In this document: positions 11,910 through 20,000 of the stretch, piece after piece | Position numbering within the stretch: position 1 is the first letter of the stretch | Layout of the letters: every line of letters begins with the position of its first letter | Origin: Raillietiella orientalis | Taxonomy: Eukaryota | Assembly (NCBI GenBank): GCA_036172245.1 | Contig: JAYWIR010000082.1 | Location: forward strand, 302,331-322,330 | Reading direction: 5' to 3' | DNA length: 20,000 nt | Notes under the pieces: model-generated | What the model was told of the DNA's origin: nothing | Databases searched by the model: none | What the model saw: the letters and a program-made list of their open reading frames with translations, nothing else | Made by a program: the position numbers and the translations under genes

Positions 11910-13150
11910 ATGTGTAATTCACTGTATCTGCTTCTGTGTAAGGTTTCTTTGACTGCACTCTGTTGATCGGGAAGTTGCTGATGAATTGAAAACGAGACAA
12001 GAGTTGCCTTCCCAGACTGCTGCTTGTGTTTGCATCCAAATAACTTCCTCCGTTTTCTCGCAGTCTTCGGGAGGCACAGACTTCATAAAGGGATGTGCTG
12101 AAGCTGGTGATCGTGAATCTTTTTTGGACTCTCCCAAGCAGCACTGCGTTGATGGTCTTGCAGGAACATGTGGTCTATATTCATGAGTAGCATTAGATTT
12201 GCTGGTTGTCTTTCATCATGCTGTTTATACAAAAGGGTCTCAGAACCAGTTCCAATAGAACCTTGGATTACTGCAGTCATGAATACTTATCAGTTTTGAA
12301 AACGATCCTCCAAAACCAGCCTGCATCCAAGACCAAAGCAACGAGACCACAATTCAGCACGAAAGCAGATGATCCATTATGGTTTGAAGGCTTCGCAAGA
12401 TTAGTAGTAAGCACTCATGTGTAACAGCACACGTGTGTTCGTACTTCTGGTCTTCATGGTTCGGTTGAGTCTTCAGTGTCCAATGAGATCGCTTCATGAA
12501 GTCAAAATGCATCCTTGTCGATCGATGCACTCACTCCTCTGCGGCAATCATTCTTTGGCGGTCGCCGAAAAATGGATTCCAAGCTGCAGAACGCAAAAAG
12601 GATTTCCCTGAATTGTATTGATAACCGTTTTCGTGCTCCCAACCCGTTGGTCTCCAAGTTAACCAGGATGCTCAGTGCTGCTTATTTTGAGAAGTGTTTC
12701 CATTCATTCAGCAGCGCAACTGTGCCAAAATGTTTTACTTTGGAGATATCTGGGAACATCGGACATGAACGGAAATGTATTTCTTAAGGGGAACCTCCCG
12801 GGAAGAAGGGTGTGGAGGAAGGTCTCAGTTAAGCGATTCTGAATTGATGTGCCATCAGAAAGCGAACTTTTTTCCTTCGCATGTTGTGTTCATAAAATGT
12901 ATTGAAATATGTGCAATCCTCAATCCTGAGTAGGTCCCGCTGCAACCAAAGAGCGATCGAGCAGCCTCGAGGTAAACGCACACAAAATGAGGGGAGGAAA
13001 TTGCTCATATCCGAAAGTAGGACACTGGGAGCGTCTCCCGAAAGGAACTGGTTTCGTTCGCGCATGATAGAGTGGACTGCATTTCATTTTCTGGACGTCT
13101 GGTTCCGAGAACGAAAACGGCTGTTTGTGGTCGTTTAGATCTGCTTCAGT
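11910..13150 (-). mobile_element. Degenerate non-LTR retrotransposon ORF2 (reverse transcriptase; CR1/L2/Jockey-like)
   Basis: Decayed RT motifs in the correct order on the minus strand: LNEWKH (~12700), NLAK(A)F..DHLL (~12365-12405; cf. DLxKAFDTVDH), LEDRFQ (~12300), VIQGSI (~12260; cf. GVPQGS), LLGRVQKRFT (~12115-12144; cf. LERVQRRFT) and RRLRE. The YADD region appears lost. Confidence 0.6.
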
Positions 13151-13869
13151 GGTACTTCCAGGCCACTGGGATACTTCTATTTTCCTTCCGGTGGCCGGTG
13201 TGATCCTACTATTGTTCTGAATCCTGGGCGCTTTCGGGCCAGCATCGTTCCAGGTCAACGGCCACCGTAGAAGGCGGTGCGATCAACTGCTCCATGGGCG
13301 TAAGCAGCAGAACTCACTGAAAGCAACTGCACATCGGAGAAGGCTCCCCAGGAACGCCAGGAACCGACAGGCAAAACCCTCCGATGCAGTCGACGGTACG
13401 CCAGAGTCCGTTGCCAATGCCACGAGGAAGTGGTACTCGTGGAAACGCCTGGCACAGCGGCAACTGGAGTGCTCCCGAGGATCACTTAGTTTCCTTCTGA
13501 CGTTCACCCCACCAAAAGGAAATTCTGTTCGATCCGCCGCTGCGGTACCGCTGGATTGGCCAGGCTGGTCATCGGCTCATCTGCAGTGGCTTTTCGGTGG
13601 ACGGTCCGCTGGCAGCATTTCCTCGCAGCTCGAGGGGATGTCCCGGGTTCATGGGCAGGCCAGACAACCCATGAGGACGTTCATGCTCTGCCGCTACCCT
13701 CTCCCCTCCTGGATTCCACTTTGACCTTGTAAAAAACGCTCTCCCACCCTCCTTTTCTCCCTAGCGATGCTCGCTGATGTGTTCTCATCGGTTCAGCCAC
13801 GCAGACTGGTCCCCGTTCCTGGTCTTCTTTTCGGCGCGCCCCGCTTGCCTACTGCCTGTCCTTGCTGAC

Positions 13870-15985
13870 AGGATCGTCCTTCGAAAAGGTGAGTCATCTG
13901 GTCACCGGGAGATGCTCCTCCCGGCAACCTGGACGACAAACGAAAGAAAGCCATGACTCTTGTCCACGCCGTAATGACCAATCCCTATCCAGAGGACGCC
14001 CGTCCCCTGATCAACGAAAAGTGGAAAAAAATAAAGTCGGCATTTCCGCGCAAGTTTTGCAGCAACGCAAGTACCATGCGTCCGCGCAGGTACCCTCGTT
14101 CCGGATCCTCCTTCAACAAGATTCCCATGATCACCAGTCTGAGAGCAAAACCAGCCAATGGCGGAGTCCGTATTCTGCACACACTGCTGCGCGCTGTCGC
14201 TCAAGGACCCGCCGAGGTTCCCGGAGGGATGGGCGAGAGTCCGAAGGAACCCACTTCACACGTTATAGTTTATCAAGGTCGAGTTTCCTCGCTACCTGTC
14301 CACCGACGGCGACATCCTCCAAGCAGCTACACGCATCCCGACATGCCTCCTATCCTTCGTAGGCAAACGCTTTACCAACGTTCCCGTTGCATGGAAGACT
14401 CCTATGTGCTCCGCGCCAGCTCTCTCCGAACGACACGACCTGCCTGCGCTCGACCGGCAAAGCTGTGCGCTCCTGTTGCTCCGGCACGTGCCGCTCCTCG
14501 ACACGCACGTAACCAACAACAGTAGACTTCTTTCAAATTTCAACGAGCTCGAAATTTCGGATAGCAGCAATCAAATTGAATCTTAAGTCCCCCTTCTCCG
14601 TTGAACAGTTTGTCGGATAGATTGGTGTATTGGAAGACTTGCATGCAGTCCTTCCTCCCTCGCGCCACCCCGGTAAGAGAAGCCGATGGCTGCGCGGGCT
14701 TCGCTTGGGAGCGGTCGCGCGCAACGTTCACGGAGGCTGAGCCGCTTCCGACCGCGAGCTGACCTTGCACTCATCTTCGACGCCTTGCGCCCGTGGGCCA
14801 CGCATCCCACTTCTCCAGCCCGGTGGAATTAGCGTCCCCGGGAGGCTTCCCCGCCCGAGCCATCCACGGAACCCCCGTGGATGGCTTTCGTCTGATGCAA
14901 AACTTCAGGGGGCGTCCGTGTCCACCCGCTGCGCGAGCACTGTGGTGCGTCCCACGTAACTGGCAGCAGCCATGCCATCCATTCCTCACAGGATGCTCAG
15001 CGGCCTTCGCAGTGTCCTTCGCGTCTCTCTGGAGAGCTCCTTGCAGATTTTGCGTCAAACGCGGGGAAAGTGTTGCGCCATCATACAAATTCAAACAACT
15101 TTTGTCTTTCGCGTGTAGTGTAGCGAAACACTTCAAAATCGCATTTGGATAAAGAAGCACGGACTGAAAAACCAGTGCTTTGATACGGTTGGAATGCCGT
15201 TCACACAATTTCATCTTTCTCTGTGCCGGCTGGGAAGACTTTTCTTTTCCGACGGCACACCTTCATATTTCAAGGGTGACGCAGAGCGAATTCGCTCACT
15301 CGGTCAAGTGCGCCCTTCCTGGCTTGCATGCTGGACTGTGGCACTGGGTTGAAACTTTTTGTCGAGAACCGGCCCACCCTCTGGCGGCCATTTGCGCGCT
15401 CACCCATGGTGTTCGGCTTGATCGCGTGACACCTTTTCCATGTGTGCGCGCGATTCAAGATGAAGCGTAATCCGATCCACGATTCAGTCAGCCAGTGTTT
15501 ACCTCAACCCTTACGTGTTTTCACCCGTGCAGAGTCCGCGATGCAGGTTTGCTTCCATGGTCTTTGGATTTCGCGCGACTGTGAATCTCTTTTCACAAAC
15601 GTTCTGGTCCATGCCCGAAACGTGCAGCTTCCGTTTGACTCCTGATGGGAAAGTACTTCCCATTTTTCTCACAGCACTTTCTGATCTTCTAAAAAAGTCA
15701 ACCACAGCCCACCTTCCGCAGACAAATTTTGCTTTGCTTGCCAATGAGCACTCCACGTCACGTGTCATGGGATTCCGAGTTAAATCCACATACTCACGAA
15801 CCCCAAAGTCGCTTCGTGGTGCACCGGGACCTCTATTTCTATGGTAATCAACGCACAACTGAATGGGAGGACGCTTGCTTCCATCTCGGAAGAAGGTGCG
15901 GAGAACCGGCGCGCAGGCCACCACGGTTCGCAGCTTGCCTGCTGCTAGGTACCAGAGCTTCGGTTGCATCGCCTTCGATACCGTG
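13870..15985 (+). pseudogene. ATR: Degenerate GC-rich ATR fragment: end of FAT, kinase and FATC
   Basis: INEKWKKIKSAFP, RNPLHTL*FIK (TAG where W is expected; cf. YPxxxLW), LWHWVETFCREPAHPLAAICALT (15336-15405; cf. WFxETFPEPxxWxAARxxYT), MVFGLIA*H (cf. ILGLGDRH), MPETCSFRLT (15611-15640), TNPKVASW and QATTVRSLPAARYQSFGCIAF (cf. FATC QATxxxNLAxMYIGWCAF). Confidence 0.65.
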
Positions 15986-18851
15986 AACTGCGACACGACC
16001 CGGAGATTCGCAAACGAACGAAGAGCACGGATGGGAATAGTGTTTTATTTGAGGAGCCGGATGCGTGTGGGTGCGTGCGCTGTGTGGTATGCGCCAGAAG
16101 TCGGCCCCGCCGCAGCCGACCGCCGGCGCCGGCTCCGCCACCGCGCTGTTCAGCACGCCGAAAGCTCCCCGTCGACGCTCCACCGGATGTTGTCGATGTG
16201 GGTGGCGAGCGTGGTGAGGAAGCTCTCCAGGCCGCGCCTGCAACGGAAACACGCTCGGCAAGTGGCGGTGGCTGGCGGGCTGTGCAAAGCGCGTCGCTTT
16301 CGGACGCAGGGCGCGCGCCTCACTCGCATCCCGCTTCCTCCTCCTGGCTGCGTAGCAGAGAACCGGCGTCGCAGGTAAACTGAAACGAGAGCGAGACGTG
16401 AATTCCAGGAGGTAGGAACGCGGTCTTCGTTATGGCGAGGTAGAGTGGAAACAGGCGTGGCTGACCTGCGTCTCGTCCACCGCGTCTTCGTCGTCCGCCA
16501 GCAACGTGCGGTAATCGAGACGCGACGGCGGTTCCAGGGCGCCACCTTCCGTGCCTTGCGTGCGAAACCTGATGGAGCACGGAGCGAATTGGTCTTCCGC
16601 GGGGCTGGACACGGCAACCCGGGGCAAACGCCTCCCTCCCGCTTTGCCCCATCGCCGGGATACCGGTCCTCCTCTCACCTCGTGGATGCGTCTTGCTCTT
16701 CCAGACTGTGTCCGACGTCACCAAAGACCTTCGTCATGTCTCCCATCCTGGGGAGAACGAGCCAAACGCGAGCGAAACTTCGGAGGGCGCTAGCGCGGAG
16801 GGCGCGAACGGGCGCTCGGCGACTTGGCTCACCTGCGCAGGCAGCTGTCGATGAGGCAGGCCTGGGTCAGCTCGCAACCCGTCTGCAAGAAAGAAGGACA
16901 CGCGACGACTGCGGCGACGAGAGAAACGGACGCTGGCGAGGGAGGCCGCATGCGCAGCGCGATCGCGACGCGGAGGCGCCAGCACCACGACGCCTGCCGT
17001 AGTCCCGCCGGAGAAAGTGCGAGCCCGCTGCGCAAACCCGCGCCTCCCTCCTCCCCGTATCGCGCACCGACACCCCAACATTACGTCTGTGGCAGGTGGT
17101 CCCACGGCGTCGCACGGGTGCACCGGCCGCTCCACGAACGGCTGCACAGCGAGCCCGGCGCTCGCGGGAGCCTGGTGCCGGTACGCCTGCTCTGCGTCGT
17201 GTACCTCCACCCTGCGGGCCAAGAAAAGGACCAGGGAAGCGGGGAAAGGAGACGAGCAGGCGGTCTGGCTGACCTGGTTTCCGCTCTCTTCGTCGCGTGC
17301 TCAAACAGCTTGCTGATGATCGCGCGCAGCCTCGTCGGCCAGTCCTCCGGCACGTCGCCGAACTTGGCCTCCAGTATGTTCTAAAAAGTACGACCATGCG
17401 TGTGGGGTGCTCGGCGCCGGCTCGAGTGGCACGCCAGCGGTCGAAGCAGCAACGTCCTCACCAGCACGCTGGTCCTCCTCAAGGGAAGCTCGGGGGCGTC
17501 CTGCGACCGTCGAGTGGCGGCGTTCGCCTGCGGGAGATGGGGTCGCCTGCGCGTTTTCGAGCCGGAAGCGCCGCCGCGCTTCTTGGGCCCTTGCTGCTCC
17601 TTCTGCAAAAAGTGCACAGAGATGAGCTGCACCGAAGCGCGCGAATCGAGAGGACGTCGGCGGCGGCGAGTCGTTCAATCGACGACCTTCCGTGTCGAAA
17701 GAAATGACGTCGGCCACCAACGCACGGCGCCCGGCGGGAATGATTTTTCCCCGACCTGCGTCCTCCCGCCATGTAAGCCCTTCCAGGTTTGCGTTCTCCC
17801 CTCCATCCCTTCCGCAGGCGCAAACAGCCCAGCCGCCACCCACCGCCTTCTCCCCGGGCTGCGACTTCTGCAAGGCCCCTCCGCAGGCACAGGGCCCATC
17901 GGAACATGTTCGCCCGGTCCCGGCGGCCGTCCAGTTTGACCCCTTTGTCCTGGAAGGGAGCGAATGCGAGACTCCCCGACACACATCACCGACGGACTTG
18001 CACGTCCCGGCGAGCGGTCCCTTTCACGTACCGCCAAGTAGCATCGCTCCTTTTGCATCCCCCTAACTCACCTGCTGGAGCCACAGGTTTTCCATCTTCA
18101 GTGCGGGCAGGCGCCCACTCATGGTTTGCTTTTTCAACTCCTCCTGCCGCTTTCCGATCTCGTCCAGCCTTTAGACTCGCATTCATCTCCCGGCGTCGAT
18201 CGATCAATGTCATGTCGACGGACATAACGCTTCGGAGAAACCTTTTGAACTTTCCAAAGTCTCCGTTCAGGTCCTTCTTCACTCTTTCCAGCGTGGCCTC
18301 CTCCTGGCCGAAGAGGAACCTCAGGATGCATTCCACCTCCTCGCTGCCTTCTAAAAACTGCTTCTGCCGACTTCGTTGTTCGTCGGTGAGTAGCGAACAG
18401 AAGTCGGATTTGGATCTTCAGCCGCTGGAGGTGTTGGAGAACCGCTTCCGCCTTGCGGTTCCTCTCCTCCAGCACGTCCCTGAGCTTGACGCGGACGGCG
18501 CGCATGACAGCCAGGAGGACTTCCGGCTTGTCTTGCGCCTGGCGGACGAGCCCCTCGACCTGGGCGGCACCCAGGTCGCACACGCAGTAGAAGAGCATCC
18601 ACAGGGCTTCCGCATCGACGCATCGCAACAGGCGTGCGCAGTCCTGCTGGGTGGTCAGCAAAGCGCACAGGTCCTTCAGAACGCGAACGCTGTTTGCGTC
18701 GTTGGGGACGCGCGTCGGCAGACGGGCCGCCTCCCTGTCCTCGAGCGCATCCCACGACGAGTCGGCGATCTGAAGGCGCGCACACCCACCCTGCGCACCC
18801 TCCACGCCCTCTCTTACCGCAATCACGAAGTCATCCTCGCTGACCATCAGC
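14566..18851 (-). repeat. Right arm of the inverted segmental duplication (partner 201-4499)
   Basis: Reverse complement of 201-4499 with scattered substitutions and a few clustered mismatch patches. Confidence 0.97.
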
Positions 18852-19609
18852 TCCGTGTCGTCCTGCACGTGCGAGTGGAGAGGAGGACAAGCGTTAGACA
18901 AGCCGCGGGCGCGCCGATGCGCTCCGCTGCGCGCTCCCTCTCGCAGCTGCTTACCGGCCTCCCCAAGATGTTTACGTTCCGAATCTGCTGATCGTCGTCC
19001 AATCCAAGGTCCATCACCACGCAGGAAACCTTCCTGATGAGCGTAACAAGCTCATGCACCGTGAACGATAAACATTGACTGCGATCGCTCATCGGCACCA
19101 TCGAAACAAATTCCTGAGGCGCAAAAAAGAGAGTCGAAATTCAGGCGCGACGCGGAACCGCTGCGCGCAACGACCAGCGCGCGCTTTCCGGATGCGGCGC
19201 TGCTTCACGGATTCTGCGCTCTTACCTGCAGCGCGTTTTCCATCCAACGGTGCATGGATATCAACCTGGTCAGAAACCCGGGGGTAGGGGTGGTTCTTCC
19301 GCTACCTAGTCTCTCCTGCAGCTCCTTTGCCACGTTCTGGTAATAGTAAAGGCTTCTCGTTATTTTCTTTTTGAATCCCAGAGTCCTTTCGATCCTGCGC
19401 TCTCTGTCCGCAATATCCGCAGCAGGGATTTCCTTCCCTTTTCGCGAAACGACCTTGATCTCGTCGATCAACCGGTCTATCCTTTGCCGCATCCCACGCA
19501 GGGCTTCCCCATATTTCTGCTGGCACTCTCTGCCCGCGCCCCGAAACTGCATGTTGCCTTTCTTCGTTTTCCTTTCGAAATGAATTGCAGCCCGAACGAA
19601 TGTTTCCAT
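16150..19609 (-). CDS. Copy C: full-length 14-exon coiled-coil gene, apparently frameshifted (pseudogene or sequencing error)
   Basis: The ATG is at 19609 (ACCATGG). Exons are 19609-19226, 19113-18955, 18862-18818 and 18769 onward, then as in copy A to the TGA at 16150. There is a 2-nt deletion relative to copy A at ~18406, and a garbled patch at 17822-17900 removes the exon-6 donor. Confidence 0.75.
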
Positions 19610-20000
19610 GGTTTTTCTTCTCCTTGGCTCAGAGTGGAGGTGGGGGGGAATGGGAGGGGAAATGCTTTTCCTCTGAAACGCTGAAAACATCTACTAGAGA
19701 CGCAGCAGACGTTGTCTGGAGCTTGGCCGAATATAGTGGAGGGCATAAAAAAAAGAGCAAGAGATGGACGAGATGGCAACTAACGTGTTCCATACGGAGT
19801 TTCGCTTCCTGAAGACGAAATTGTCACCTTGCATAGGGCCGAGAGCACTTCTTGCCTTTCGAAGGCAGTCCGATCACTCTTCTGCTGAGCAGAAGTCGCC
19901 CAACGGAACGCCTACGCACTTGAAGCACCTATCCGTAGGAGTACCCAGGCGGATCCAGGAGGACTCATTCTCTCAAGTACAGCCAACCGGAACGACCGTA
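18407..20000 (+). repeat. Direct duplication of 8304-9887
   Basis: Near-identical translations, e.g. 9092..9577- vs 19205..19690-. Confidence 0.97.
19803..20000 (-). pseudogene. ATR: Duplicate of the ATR kinase N-lobe remnant at 9690-9887
   Basis: Sequence matches 9690-9887, including DCLRK..NFVFRKR. Confidence 0.55.

Noticed and set aside
15816..15833. VVHRDL as a protein kinase catalytic loop
   Set aside because: There is no following K..N or DFG motif, and another frame here gives the PIKK-like TNPKVASW motif in proper order.
201..18851. Inverted arms as terminal inverted repeats of one giant transposon
   Set aside because: The arms consist of host-type gene sequence, and the right arm continues into exons 1-3 of the same gene. 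No transposase or target-site duplication is visible.
17789..18991. 400-aa + ORF and other long overlapping Arg/Pro/Ala-rich ORFs (e.g. 253..924 and the distal part of 374..1585)
   Set aside because: These are antisense or intron read-through frames typical of GC-rich DNA. The spliced model explains the region better.

Overview
This is eukaryotic (probably invertebrate) genomic DNA with sharp GC-rich/AT-rich transitions; it is not prokaryotic. The window has two large duplications. One is a ~4.3 kb inverted duplication (201-4499 vs 14566-18851), the other a >=1.6 kb direct duplication (8304-9887 vs 18407-20000, running off the window). Together they give three copies of a 14-exon, short-intron gene for a ~690-aa helical/coiled-coil protein, which weakly resembles the PRC1/Ase1/MAP65 family. 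Copy A lacks its 5' end, copy B is cleanly truncated to ~318 aa, and copy C is full-length but frameshifted. The gene copies are surrounded by several decayed, rearranged fragments of the PIKK kinase gene ATR (HEAT/UME, FAT, kinase and FATC regions) of differing base composition. There is also a degenerate LINE ORF2 and a possible Polinton/Maverick-like fragment. All protein-family assignments come from hand translation and comparison with remembered sequences, not database searches. Clustered mismatch patches and a low-complexity first 200 bp suggest the sequence may be unpolished long-read data.
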